Source: Gammaproteobacteria bacterium (GTDB lineage Bacteria; Pseudomonadota; Gammaproteobacteria; G965277405). Taken from it: DNA of 64,000 bases. The translations under genes were made by a program, and so were the position numbers. The stretch lies in NCBI GenBank assembly GCA_965277405.1, contig OZ255726.1, positions 1,152,001-1,216,000 of the forward strand, in the 5' to 3' direction. Under the pieces are notes generated by a model that had not been told where the DNA came from, made no database searches, and worked only from the letters and a program-made list of their open reading frames with translations. Shown here piece by piece: positions 11,128-20,922 of this stretch. The number at the start of each line of letters is the position of its first letter. Position 1 is the first letter of the stretch.

Positions 11128-11703
11128 TTGAGTAACTCAGCTGAACTCACTGCATTGGCAAAACGCGCGCAAACAGGTGACAAAGCTGCATATAAGGAGT
11201 TTCTGGTACAAATAAACACGCATATTAAGAAAATCGTGTATTTTAGATGGTGGGGAGATTATCAATACAGAGAAGATATTGCGCAAAATATCTTATTAGC
11301 GCTGCATACCAGCTTTCATACATATGATGCAGAACGCCCTATTCTTCCTTGGGTGAATACCATCGCCATATACCGCATAGCATATTTTTCACGCAAGCAT
11401 GCTAAAATACGGCAAGAAAACTTATACAGTTTTTTAGAAGAAGAAGAATCAAGCGAAAACTATGTGCCCGTAGACCCGATTGATGAGTATCAGCAACAAG
11501 AAATGCAGGACTTGGTTGAAAAGGCTTTACAAATGCTACCAAGCAAACAAGCAGATATTGTGCGTAAACTAAAAATTGAAGAAATGAGTTTACAGCAAAT
11601 ATCTGATGAAACAGGGATGTCTGTCGGTTCTATTAAGATTACGGCACACCGAGCGTATAAGAAACTTAGCGATTTTTTTAATAAACAAGAAAAAAACATG
11701 TAA
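11128..11703 (+). CDS. ECF-type RNA polymerase sigma factor (SigF-like); start uncertain (frame open from 11032)
   Basis: AQTGDKAAY, EDIAQ..LLALH...HTYD..RP..PW region 2, LPSKQ...SVGSIKITAHRAYKKL region 4. Confidence 0.88.
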   Translation: MSNSAELTALAKRAQTGDKAAYKEFLVQINTHIKKIVYFRWWGDYQYREDIAQNILLALHTSFHTYDAERPILPWVNTIAIYRIAYFSRKHAKIRQENLYSFLEEEESSENYVPVDPIDEYQQQEMQDLVEKALQMLPSKQADIVRKLKIEEMSLQQISDETGMSVGSIKITAHRAYKKLSDFFNKQEKNM

Positions 11704-11758
11704 CTTATCAGGATTATTGCATGAACGTAACTTTATAACGTATAGTAAACGAAGAAAA

Positions 11759-12502
11759 ATGAAAGAATCAAGATTGCAGAATCACAAGATTGCGACAACA
11801 ACGTTGATTGATACACTTGTTGCAGATTTACAGCCAGTACAACCATTTCAAGTAAGTAAACACGTTAAACACTGGCTATTAGGGACATTTATCTTCTTGA
11901 TTGCGTATGTGTTTGTGGTAAAAGGCATCCGTGACGACTTGGTATTGCAGCTATTGCAACCAACTTTCTGGCTGACAATGTTCATTGCAGGGTGCACAGT
12001 GATCACGGCAGTATTGCACACGATGATGATTGCAATCCCAGGCTATATTAGCAAAGTGCGATATACGGCTCCAATTTTTCTGTCTGTGTTGATTGCGGTG
12101 TTAGGCCATGGTTTACTTGTTAATTTTATTGAATACCCGCAAGGCTTTTTATTCTTCTACAACGACTGGTCGATTGCGATTGAAACGCTAGTGCTTGGAA
12201 CGGTGCCATTTTTATTGTTACGCTATTATGTTGTTTCACTTTTGCCTACACAGCCAGTTGTAACAACATTTTGGTGTGCTGTTGCAAGCTATACCGCGGC
12301 AGCAACAATGATGCGCTTTCATTACGACAGAATGTGGGGACCAATAGACGATTATTGTTCCATAGTTGTATGGGTATATCTGCCTGTTATATTTGCATGC
12401 CTTTGTATAACCGCTGTGGCCGCTATTGTTCCTAAAATATTTAGCGCAAGACTATGCGTTCAGATATTTAGTAGTTCTTATAACAAGCAGCATATTCAAT
12501 AA
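11759..12502 (+). CDS. Membrane anti-sigma factor, NrsF/DUF1109-like
   Basis: LIDTLVADLQPV N-terminal motif, ~6 TM segments, directly after the ECF sigma. Confidence 0.72.
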   Translation: MKESRLQNHKIATTTLIDTLVADLQPVQPFQVSKHVKHWLLGTFIFLIAYVFVVKGIRDDLVLQLLQPTFWLTMFIAGCTVITAVLHTMMIAIPGYISKVRYTAPIFLSVLIAVLGHGLLVNFIEYPQGFLFFYNDWSIAIETLVLGTVPFLLLRYYVVSLLPTQPVVTTFWCAVASYTAAATMMRFHYDRMWGPIDDYCSIVVWVYLPVIFACLCITAVAAIVPKIFSARLCVQIFSSSYNKQHIQ

Positions 12503-12632
12503 TCAGCGCTTCCCTATCAGCGCTTCCCTAAATGTAAATGCTACGGCATGCACTCAGCGGTTTGCGCCTTGCAATCATCAGCAATTGCAGGCAAACTCGC
12601 TCCATCAGCGAGTTAAGCAGAGGTTCACCTAA
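12500..12632. mobile_element. Partial MITE copy (right part) preceded by two short TIR-like scars
   Basis: 12538-12628 matches the right half of the repeat at 35142/40093/43412; TCAGCGCTTCCCTA occurs twice at 12503-12530. Confidence 0.8.
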
Positions 12633-12978
12633 CAGCCGCATTGAATCGACTTGGTACAATATATCCTCCATAGCGAAATCGCTGAGGTTAGCACCACTTG
12701 CATGACATGTACGCTCAGCAGCATTTGCAGTGGATATTGTGGTCGACCGCCTGTTTTGCGCAGGTTTGGTGTAGTGTTGGCAACAACATTGTCTAACATG
12801 CTGCCATGGAATAACCGCTGCTAATTTCTCAAGGAATATTTCTCTACAAATTTTGCGTTGCTTATCTGCGTATTTGGACTTTTGCAAATGTCATTTGCTT
12901 CATATCATATCATATCTACAAACAATAGGCTGAACATTATGGCAGATTAGTAGTTGTTTGGTGATTTTCAGAGATGCC
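12633..12978 (-). pseudogene. IS5-family transposase N-terminal remnant with left end
   Basis: YADKQRKICREIFLEKLAAVIPW and LSDFAMEDILYQVDSMRL resemble the IS5 Tnp N-terminus; candidate IR GGCATCTCTGAAAATC ends at 12978. Confidence 0.75.
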
Positions 12979-13135
12979 TTCAGCTTCTCAAGAAATATTT
13001 CTTTGTGGGTTTTCTGCTTCTTTATTGAATACTATCAAGCTACGAAAACTGATTTTTGCGATCTTAAAATTACCACGAATATATTTTCTCATAGTGAGAA
13101 CTATGTGTTGAAATCATTTGGTTTTTCACAGATTC

Positions 13136-13948
13136 CTATAGTTCTGCTCCCAGCCGAAACGACATCTTCCTGGCTATCTCCTGCACGCTGCGCACAATCA
13201 GATCCTCGCCATTTTTATCTACAGATTGCTGCGACAAGCTAACCGCAACTCCTGCAATTGGGCGGTTTTCGGAATTCAGTACGGACGCGCCGAAGCAAAT
13301 CATTCCATCTTTGACTTGCTGGTTGTCGATCGAATAGCCGCGTCCACGGATTTGTTTCAATTCACGCATAAGTTGTGAAAAATCCTGCACACTATGGTCA
13401 GTCAGCGGTTCAGGAAAACTGTTACCGATTAGTTTTCTGACCTCGGTGTCGCTCATGTAACTTAACAACGATTTTCCAGTTGCCGTGAACGCGGCAGGAA
13501 GGAGCATTCCGCTGTGAAAATCGAAGCCCACTGGCAATTTTGAGTTGCGGACAGCGAGATAGACCACCTCTGACCCTTCTAGAACCGAAAGCGTGATAGT
13601 GGCACCAGGTAGTTGGCTGCTTTCATCCAAGATCCTTACAAACTCAATTGCCAAATCAGATTCTTGGACGAACCGATTCGCCCAGCGCATGACATGTGGT
13701 CCCAAAAAATAGGTTTGACCCGTCCTGCAAACCAGTAAATTTAGCTCAATCAGTGTCTTGCATAGTCCATGAACGCTGCTTTTTGCTAAGCCAACCCTAG
13801 CAGCAATCTCAGTGATGGTCAGGTTTTGTTTTGACGTAGCAACAACGTCGAGAATACTCACCCCACGCGCTAGTGCCGGGACCAGTTTATGACTGCCCTC
13901 AAGTTTATTGAAAGTCGTTTGTGTTTTTTTAGTGCTTTTTATGTCCAA
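13136..13948 (-). CDS. IclR-family repressor, BlcR/AttJ-like
   Basis: VPALARGVSILD, LAKSSVHGL HTH, GPHVMRWANRF, TITLSVLEGSEVVY..RNS, LPAAFTATGK, RGYSID; recalled similarity to Agrobacterium BlcR. Confidence 0.88.
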   Translation of the reverse strand: MDIKSTKKTQTTFNKLEGSHKLVPALARGVSILDVVATSKQNLTITEIAARVGLAKSSVHGLCKTLIELNLLVCRTGQTYFLGPHVMRWANRFVQESDLAIEFVRILDESSQLPGATITLSVLEGSEVVYLAVRNSKLPVGFDFHSGMLLPAAFTATGKSLLSYMSDTEVRKLIGNSFPEPLTDHSVQDFSQLMRELKQIRGRGYSIDNQQVKDGMICFGASVLNSENRPIAGVAVSLSQQSVDKNGEDLIVRSVQEIARKMSFRLGAEL

Positions 13949-14013
13949 AGCCCATTCCTATTTGCGCGTTTGATAAAACTTGCTGAACTGTATCAGTAGA
14001 GTGGCAGCAGTCC

Positions 14014-14045
14014 TTGCAATAGAGAATTTGTTTCAGTATACTGAA
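14014..14045 (+). promoter_or_regulatory. Sigma70-like promoter overlapped by a 14 bp palindromic candidate IclR operator
   Basis: TTGCAA(14014)-17 nt-TATACT(14037); perfect palindrome TTCAGTATACTGAA at 14032-14045. Confidence 0.7.
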
Positions 14046-14176
14046 TTGCGTTCAAAGGAGAAAGAAGTTGCAAATCTTACCAGTATTTAACAGTCCTAGC
14101 GTAGTTTACCACTGCTACATAGAATTTGACACATCCGCAATTGTAACCGAAAAAACCAATATGGAAAGAGCGGCTG

Positions 14177-14566
14177 ATGGTAGATGAAGCGCGGGATTGG
14201 GTGATTAAGTTCAGTGAGGCATCCGACAATAATGCTACGATCGGTGCGATGTCGCGTTATTTCACCTGCACTTACATGTTAGACATGGAATATCGCCGCA
14301 TGATTGTTGAGATGATTGACGGCAAAGTATACCGTATCAATATTAACCCTAGCGGGATGGACGCCTATGATTTTGCGTTGAGAGCCAGTGCGGCGACATG
14401 GCGAGAATTTGCCCGCCCCATTCCGAAACCGATGTTCCATGGCATATGGTCAGCTAGCTTTCGTAAAGATTTAAAAATCGAAGGCAACACTTTGGTGCTG
14501 ATGCAAAATTTGCGCAATTTCACGATTCAGTTCGAATTGCTGCGCGTGGTTGGCGTGCCTGTATGA
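14177..14566 (+). CDS. Small hypothetical protein, possibly SCP2/sterol-carrier-like fold
   Basis: 129 aa ORF with DFALRASAATW...LKIEGN pattern reminiscent of SCP2-like domains; first gene of the operon. Confidence 0.55.
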   Translation: MVDEARDWVIKFSEASDNNATIGAMSRYFTCTYMLDMEYRRMIVEMIDGKVYRININPSGMDAYDFALRASAATWREFARPIPKPMFHGIWSASFRKDLKIEGNTLVLMQNLRNFTIQFELLRVVGVPV

Positions 14567-14608
14567 GCATCAATATATTGCAAAAATCCCAGATCACAAC
14601 GGGCTGAA

Positions 14609-15463
14609 ATGGTAACTCATTCTCCCGTAACAGGACGATTTGTGACAATTGACGTCGATGGCTGTGAATACAAGGTGTTCTACTTACAAAACGGCAGTGG
14701 AGTGCCGTTGCTATGCCAGCATACGGCTGGCTGTCACAACCTCCAGTGGCGCGACCTGTTGGAAGACCATGAGATTACGTCCAGATATAACGTAATCGCA
14801 TACGACCTGCCACGCCACGGCAAATCTGATCCTCCTCACAACAAGGAATGGTGGAAGGAAGAGTACTTGCTGACAGCCGACCACTTTGTCAACTTCATCA
14901 TTAAACTATGCGACGCTCTGGAGCTTGATAATCCGATTTTTATGGGTTCATCGTTTGGAGGTAACGTTGCGTTGCAACTGGCGCTGCGCCATCCTGATCG
15001 TTTTCGCGCTGTCATTCCAGTTGAATCAGCCGAACATGCGCCAGGTTTCTACCTTGATCTGTGGCGTCATCCCCATGCAAATGCGGCACAGGTTTGTGCC
15101 AGTGGTGTTTGGGATCTTATGGCACCACAAAGCCCTGACTTGGATCGCTGGTTGACTTGGCATTATTATACTCAAGGCTCAGAAGCATTCAAAGGCGATC
15201 TGTATTTCTATTCGGTTGAACATGATTTGCGCGACAAGCTTGGACAAATAGACACCAGGCGCTGTCCCGTCATCATGATGACAGGAACCTATGACTATCT
15301 AACACCGCCCGAGGTCACCGAGGAGACAGCACGGAAAATTGCTGGCGGAATTTATATTGAGATGGAAGACATTGGGCATTTTCCTATGAGCGAGAATTAT
15401 CCTCTGTTCCGAGAATACCTGCGCGAGGCGCTGCGAATCATTGAGGATCGAACTGATGGATGA
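14609..15463 (+). CDS. Alpha/beta-fold hydrolase
   Basis: HTAG oxyanion loop, YDLPRHGKS, nucleophile elbow GSSFGG, catalytic GHFPM. Confidence 0.9.
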   Translation: MVTHSPVTGRFVTIDVDGCEYKVFYLQNGSGVPLLCQHTAGCHNLQWRDLLEDHEITSRYNVIAYDLPRHGKSDPPHNKEWWKEEYLLTADHFVNFIIKLCDALELDNPIFMGSSFGGNVALQLALRHPDRFRAVIPVESAEHAPGFYLDLWRHPHANAAQVCASGVWDLMAPQSPDLDRWLTWHYYTQGSEAFKGDLYFYSVEHDLRDKLGQIDTRRCPVIMMTGTYDYLTPPEVTEETARKIAGGIYIEMEDIGHFPMSENYPLFREYLREALRIIEDRTDG

Positions 15464-15499
15464 CGGGCTTGCTAACACTGTGAACAAGAATGTTGACCG

Positions 15500-16426
15500 A
15501 TGAAGATTCTTGAATTTAACGAGCGTGGGCTGCAGGTCGAGCGGGATTCGAAATTGGTTCGTCAAATGGATTCGCTCAGCCATCTGGCGGTGCCACCAAA
15601 TCTGACACGGGCAGATCACGAACGACCTCACGTACAGTCAGACATGCAACTTTACATGTTCCAGACTGGCATCCTACGCACCAAAACTAAGTATATCAAG
15701 TTGAACCAAGGCGAGGAAAATTTCGAAATCCCAGTGCCGTGGTTCCTGATCAAGCATCGCAAGGGTATTGTGGTCATTGATGGTGGCAACGCCATTGAAG
15801 TTGCCATCGACAAGCGTGCGCATTGGGGGGCTGTTTGTGATACCTATGACCCAATTATGAACGTCGACGAAACCTGTGTCGAGCAATGTCGCTTGGTGGG
15901 GGTTGAGCCAGCAGATGTTCGTTTTGTAGTGCAGTCACATCTGCATCTAGACCATTCTGGTGCCGTGGGCCGGTTCCCCAACGCCCAGCATATCGTGCAG
16001 CGATTAGAGTATGATTATGCCTTCAACCCAGACTGGTTTTCCGCGGGAGCTTATATTCGAGCCGATTTTGACCGCCCAGGGTTAGATTGGAAATTTCTGG
16101 GAGGGGTGTACACAGATAATTTCGATCTGTTTGGTGATGGCACAATCCGCATGATCTTCACGCCAGGTCATTCGCCTGGGCATCAATCATTCTTGATTAC
16201 CCTACCGAACACCGGAGCTGTACTACTGACAATTGATGCAGCTTATACGCTGGATCATTGGCACGACAAGGCATTACCTGGGCTGAACTGCTCGGCTGTA
16301 GATACTGCCCACTCAGTCGCCAAGCTTCACAAAATTGCAAAAGACACCGGCGCAATCGTAGTCACTGGGCATGACCCGGATAACTGGGAGACGTTTCGAA
16401 AAGCCCCACGAGGTTTTTATGATTGA
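15500..16426 (+). CDS. attM: AttM/BlcC-type N-acyl-homoserine lactone / gamma-butyrolactone lactonase (metallo-beta-lactamase fold) with a ~45 aa N-terminal extension
   Basis: HLHLDH, TPGHSPGHQS, TIDAAYT, TGHD metal motifs; EIPVP.FLI.H, IDGGNAIEVA, GRFPNA.HIVQR match recalled Agrobacterium AttM throughout. Confidence 0.9.
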   Translation: MKILEFNERGLQVERDSKLVRQMDSLSHLAVPPNLTRADHERPHVQSDMQLYMFQTGILRTKTKYIKLNQGEENFEIPVPWFLIKHRKGIVVIDGGNAIEVAIDKRAHWGAVCDTYDPIMNVDETCVEQCRLVGVEPADVRFVVQSHLHLDHSGAVGRFPNAQHIVQRLEYDYAFNPDWFSAGAYIRADFDRPGLDWKFLGGVYTDNFDLFGDGTIRMIFTPGHSPGHQSFLITLPNTGAVLLTIDAAYTLDHWHDKALPGLNCSAVDTAHSVAKLHKIAKDTGAIVVTGHDPDNWETFRKAPRGFYD

Positions 16427-16531
16427 ATGAACCATGGGTGCATGGAGGCACTCGTTTCACAGCTCCGAGCCGAACACGGTATAGGAGTAATAAAGGCCAA
16501 GCTATTTTGGTCGTAACCAACGGAGGTAAAA

Positions 16532-17713
16532 ATGAATATGCTTAAAATAAATCAACTTAAATCTATTGCCATGGCAATAGTGGGGCTGGCAATCAGTGCT
16601 GTCGCTACTGCAGGAGGGCTTGACGACATCGATCAGGAAGTGCGTGCGCGCTTGTATGACCCAGAAATGACTGACCCATCCCAACCAGTCGAGGCTAGCA
16701 TCTATGCTGACTTCGTGGCTAAAAACCCACCGCCTTGGACCATCGGCTACGCCAGTTCCTATGCTGGCAACACTTGGCGTGCTGGTGTCATGGCACAGTT
16801 GCAGAACGAAATCATTCCGCGCTGGCAAGAGCTTGGATTGATTAAAGAGGTTATTATCACGCAATCTAACCTCAAGGATGCTACCCAGATCCAACAGATG
16901 CGCCAACTGGTTGACCGGGGTGTCGATGCGATCATTGTGTGCTGTTCAAACCCAACCGCGCTGAATCAAACGGCAAAATATGCCTATGACCAGGGAGTGC
17001 CGACCTTCTCGCTGACGGGATATCTGACATCACCATACGCGGTAAATTCGTCGGTGAACTACCAGAAGGCTGGATTTGAAATTGGCAAATTGATGGCCGA
17101 ACAACTGAATGGTTCGGGCAACGTTCTTGTGGTTGAGGGTATCCCTGGCACATCTGGTTCTGACAGCCAAGATCGAGGTGTAAAGGCTGGCCTTGCCACG
17201 GCCGAAGGAGTTAAAGTTGTGGGATCTATTGCTGGAATGTGGACCGACCAGGTGGCCCAAGGTGAATTGCAGAAGTGGCTGGCAACACACCCAGGTAAAC
17301 TGGATGGCATCGTTGTCCAGTCTGCGGCTGAAATGGGCGTTTTGCGTGCACTAGCGCAATCTGGGCGCGACAACATCCCTGTTTCCATCGGTGGCGAACT
17401 GGGAGCGCTTTGCTACTGGCGCAACAACCCAGACTATATTTCAGCTGCAATCCAGACCTGGCCTCCGCAGGATGAGATAGAGCTTATCTGGGACATCATG
17501 ATGCGCACCCTCCAGGGACAAGGACCAAAGATACAATCTATCATGGTCGAGCCGGTGACTATTTCCTTTGACGAACTCAAAGGGGTCATGGGCAAGGATT
17601 GCAGCCAGAATACTGCCGACTGGCTACCCGTTGGCAAGGACAGATGGGGCGGGCAAGCCTATCTGGATGGGTTCTTCCTGCGCCCTGCCGATCCTACGGT
17701 TTACAAGCCTTAA
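16532..17713 (+). CDS. Sugar-type (RbsB-like) ABC transporter substrate-binding protein
   Basis: GGAGG SD, signal peptide, PWTIGYASSYAGNTWR, GVDAIIV, VEGIPG. Confidence 0.88.
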   Translation: MNMLKINQLKSIAMAIVGLAISAVATAGGLDDIDQEVRARLYDPEMTDPSQPVEASIYADFVAKNPPPWTIGYASSYAGNTWRAGVMAQLQNEIIPRWQELGLIKEVIITQSNLKDATQIQQMRQLVDRGVDAIIVCCSNPTALNQTAKYAYDQGVPTFSLTGYLTSPYAVNSSVNYQKAGFEIGKLMAEQLNGSGNVLVVEGIPGTSGSDSQDRGVKAGLATAEGVKVVGSIAGMWTDQVAQGELQKWLATHPGKLDGIVVQSAAEMGVLRALAQSGRDNIPVSIGGELGALCYWRNNPDYISAAIQTWPPQDEIELIWDIMMRTLQGQGPKIQSIMVEPVTISFDELKGVMGKDCSQNTADWLPVGKDRWGGQAYLDGFFLRPADPTVYKP

Positions 17714-17725
17714 CACAATGAAACT

Positions 17726-17756
17726 TCGGACCGACCTTATAGATAGGGCGGTCCGA
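17726..17756 (+). terminator. Intergenic stem-loop after the SBP gene (partial terminator or mRNA stabiliser)
   Basis: TCGGACCG...CGGTCCGA inverted repeat followed by TTATTT. Confidence 0.55.
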
Positions 17757-17774
17757 TTATTTAGGTAAAATGCT

Positions 17775-19511
17775 ATGGCATTAGATCAAGCCAATTTAAT
17801 ACAAACGCCCGCCGCCCAAGTCACGATATCGGTTGTCAATGTCTCCAAGTTTTTTGGACCGACTCGTGCACTAGAAGGCTGCAGCTTTTCTGCGCGCGCC
17901 GGTGAAATTCACGCCATCGTGGGCGGTAACGGCAGCGGTAAAAGCACATTGGCAAAAATTGTTTCTGGTATATTGCCGATTGACCGTGGACAGGTCTCAA
18001 TTCTTGGAGAAACTCCGTCAACGCCAGCTGAAAGCCGCGCCATTGGGATTTCTACCGTCTATCAGGAAGTGCTAGTTGCTGACGAAAGCACGGTCGCCGA
18101 TAATTTGTTCATGGGCACAGACGCGCTTTTTTCTGCAAGCGTCTCTACACGCGACAAGGTTGATCGTGCCGCCACTCTTATGCACGAACTTGCTGGTGAA
18201 AAAGTTGACCCGTATGCATTGGTCGGTACTTTACCATTGGGAATCAAACAGTGGATCACCATCGGGCGCGGGTTGCTGCAAACACCACGTATTCTGATAC
18301 TGGACGAATCCTCGGCTGCCCTTGATTTTGACGGCACTGAACGGCTGTTCGCCAAGATACGAGAATCGCGCGATAATGGCACGACGGTCCTAATAGTGAC
18401 GCACCGCATTGCCGAATTGATCCGTATTTCTGACCGCGCTACGGTTTTGCGCGATGGTCGCGATGTCGGCGTACTTAAAAAAGCCGATATTACTGAAAAA
18501 AACCTGCTTGCCCTGATGACTGGTGAAGATCAAAGTGAAGCGCACCGCCATGTGACTGCCCCGCAACCGCTTGACCCGACACCGGTGATGCAGGTGCATG
18601 CATTGAAAGTTTGGAGCGATGCAGAAACTATGGATTTTGAGCTGTTGCAAGGAGAGATTGTTGGCATCGCTGGTCTTGACGGACACGGGCAGGACGAATT
18701 TGTGCGAATTTTGGCAGGGGTGATGCCTGCGGCAATAGGGAAGCCCATGGTTGCGGACCGCACAGGAATCTTGCAGCCGATTCAAACGCTAAGAGACGCG
18801 GTTAACGCTAAAATTGCCTACGTTTCAGGTGATCGTAAGCGCGAAGGAATCTTTGACTCCCTCAGCATTTTTGAAAATATGCTGATGCCACTTTACCGCG
18901 AGAAACGACGCGCGGGCAAATTAGGCATCATTGACTGGACAGCGCTGCGTGCAATTTTCAACCGCGAGGTTGAAACCCTGATGATCAAATTCGACTTAGA
19001 GAGCGACAAAATCACCTCACTATCTGGCGGCAATCAGCAAAAATTATTAATCGGTCGTGGCTTTGCCATGCGCCCGAATATTATCGTGCTGAATGATCCA
19101 GCTCGGGGCATTGATGTCGGGGCTAAATCAGAGCTTTACCAACATCTTCTGGGCTTTGCGCAAAGCGGTAAGTCGGTTATTTACATGTCGAGCGAATTGG
19201 AGGAGTTTATAGGCTTTGCCACGCGTGTTATCGTTTTTCGCAACGGCAGTCAGTTTGACGCTTTTGCAGGTGAATCTGTTGACGGCAAGAGCATTTTGGC
19301 AGCAATGTTCGGTCAGACCAATCGTTCTGGATTGAAAACCAGGAATGGTACTCCCGATAATTCGCCAAAAGCAACGCGCGCAACTAAGGACAAGCTAACT
19401 GTTGCCAGCGTGAGTCCGCAACTGGGAAATCCTCAAGTTGCGTCAAGACCAAGTATAAAAATTCTTGAATTCGGTCAGGCCGGAGAAAAACGCCAGATGT
19501 ATACAAAATGA
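17775..19511 (+). CDS. Sugar-type (RbsA-like) double-domain ABC ATPase with a ~65 aa C-terminal tail
   Basis: Walker A GGNGSGKST, ILDE, VTHR, second domain LSGGNQQK, GIDVGAK. Confidence 0.92.
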   Translation: MALDQANLIQTPAAQVTISVVNVSKFFGPTRALEGCSFSARAGEIHAIVGGNGSGKSTLAKIVSGILPIDRGQVSILGETPSTPAESRAIGISTVYQEVLVADESTVADNLFMGTDALFSASVSTRDKVDRAATLMHELAGEKVDPYALVGTLPLGIKQWITIGRGLLQTPRILILDESSAALDFDGTERLFAKIRESRDNGTTVLIVTHRIAELIRISDRATVLRDGRDVGVLKKADITEKNLLALMTGEDQSEAHRHVTAPQPLDPTPVMQVHALKVWSDAETMDFELLQGEIVGIAGLDGHGQDEFVRILAGVMPAAIGKPMVADRTGILQPIQTLRDAVNAKIAYVSGDRKREGIFDSLSIFENMLMPLYREKRRAGKLGIIDWTALRAIFNREVETLMIKFDLESDKITSLSGGNQQKLLIGRGFAMRPNIIVLNDPARGIDVGAKSELYQHLLGFAQSGKSVIYMSSELEEFIGFATRVIVFRNGSQFDAFAGESVDGKSILAAMFGQTNRSGLKTRNGTPDNSPKATRATKDKLTVASVSPQLGNPQVASRPSIKILEFGQAGEKRQMYTK

Positions 19512-19524
19512 GCTAAACATCCAT

Positions 19525-20922
19525 ATGACTCAGTATCACGAAGACTACAAACGACAAGACGGAGGTGTTTCAAGCTCCTACCTGCTGGTGCCTATATCTG
19601 TGTTGTTCATCCTGCTAATTGCCGCTGTGATCAGGTCGCCATCATTGATTTCCAGTTCCGGCATCGGGGCGGCAATTATTGTGTCGGCGCCGCTTATTCT
19701 GGCGACCTATGCGCTGATGGTAAATGCCACCTCTGGGCGTGGCACAATTGATCTATCGGTCGGCCCGCTAATTGGTTTTATTAATGTAACCATCATCCAG
19801 TTGACGGCATCTGGGATTATCGGATCACCGATTTCAATATTCCTGTTCGCCTTGATGGTTGGTATTGCTTATCAACTAGTGATGGGGCTGATCATCATCT
19901 TTGTGCGGGTGCAGCCTATAATCGTGTCGCTAAGCGGGTTTCTGGCGCTTGCTGGCATCAATCTAGTTATCCTGCCCCGTCCTGGCGGGCTAGCACCACA
20001 GTGGATGCTGTCTTGGGGTGCTGGCACAACAATATTGTCGCCAGTTCTGTGGATTTTGGTTGTGGCGACACTAGGGTGGTTGCTCTTCACCAGAACCGCA
20101 TTTTACACCCATCTGCGGTTGATGGGGTCTGACGAACGCGCGGCCTATACCAGTGGTGTTCCCATCACCATTGTCCGCCTTGGAGCGCATGTAATTGCAG
20201 GAATATTCAGTGGGTTGGCGGCAATCACCTTTACCTCGCTCATTAGTTCTGGGGATCCAAGCCAAGGCACGACCTATACCCTTATTGCGGTGACAGCACT
20301 GGTTCTGGGTGGCACCTCACTAGCTGGAGGTCGGGGCACGGTCATAGGGTCGTTGTGCGGGGCGGTGAACCTGTATCTGATTACATATGTTTTAGCAACC
20401 TTCAACTTTGGCGCGGTACAAAGTTTTGTGACGGATCTGGCCTATGGCTTGATACTGGTTGCGTCGCTGTTGCTCACACTAGCCCTGCCGTTCATCCAAC
20501 GCCATATTCGTAATTTCTCTCCGTTACTCTACTTTGTGGTTCTTGCGGTTGTGGCGTTTGGAGTCATTCTGCATGCCACCTTCGACTACGATGCGTTGCG
20601 TCTAGCAGTGTCGGCACAGGAGGGATCAGGCGCCATTGTGGCCGCGTCGTTCGAACCTGCGAATTTTGCAGGTCCATTCGAAACCGCGCTGCTGAGCAAC
20701 AGTGACACCAAGCTGCGTAGCTATGCCAGACCAATGATCCTAGCTGGATTGCTGCTTATTCTGATTCCAGTTTTGTTGCGCGTCTTAGTTTCGCAATCCA
20801 ATCGCCGTGATATCGGGCCGCTGGTCGCTCTTGTCATCGCCGCGCTGGTTCTGCTGAGCGGCTATTTCCTCAGCCGCAGTCCAGAACTGCCATTGCTAAC
20901 TAAAACGCAGGTTTCACAATGA
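19525..20922 (+). CDS. ABC transporter permease (RbsC-like) with C-terminal extension
   Basis: IDLSVG, G.DERAAYTSGV EAA-like loop, LVLGGTSLAGGRGT; extra TMs at the C-terminus; start uncertain. Confidence 0.87.
   Translation: MTQYHEDYKRQDGGVSSSYLLVPISVLFILLIAAVIRSPSLISSSGIGAAIIVSAPLILATYALMVNATSGRGTIDLSVGPLIGFINVTIIQLTASGIIGSPISIFLFALMVGIAYQLVMGLIIIFVRVQPIIVSLSGFLALAGINLVILPRPGGLAPQWMLSWGAGTTILSPVLWILVVATLGWLLFTRTAFYTHLRLMGSDERAAYTSGVPITIVRLGAHVIAGIFSGLAAITFTSLISSGDPSQGTTYTLIAVTALVLGGTSLAGGRGTVIGSLCGAVNLYLITYVLATFNFGAVQSFVTDLAYGLILVASLLLTLALPFIQRHIRNFSPLLYFVVLAVVAFGVILHATFDYDALRLAVSAQEGSGAIVAASFEPANFAGPFETALLSNSDTKLRSYARPMILAGLLLILIPVLLRVLVSQSNRRDIGPLVALVIAALVLLSGYFLSRSPELPLLTKTQVSQ

Noticed and set aside
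11699-11755. Two GTAACT motifs between the sigma and anti-sigma genes as ECF promoters
   Set aside because: The spacing is imperfect and the better match leaves almost no leader before the ATG; unsupported without TSS data
19060-19130. Degenerate second Walker B (VLNDP) in the ABC ATPase as a sign of inactivation
   Set aside because: RbsA-type fused ATPases commonly have one degenerate site; the first Walker A/B and second signature LSGGNQ are intact
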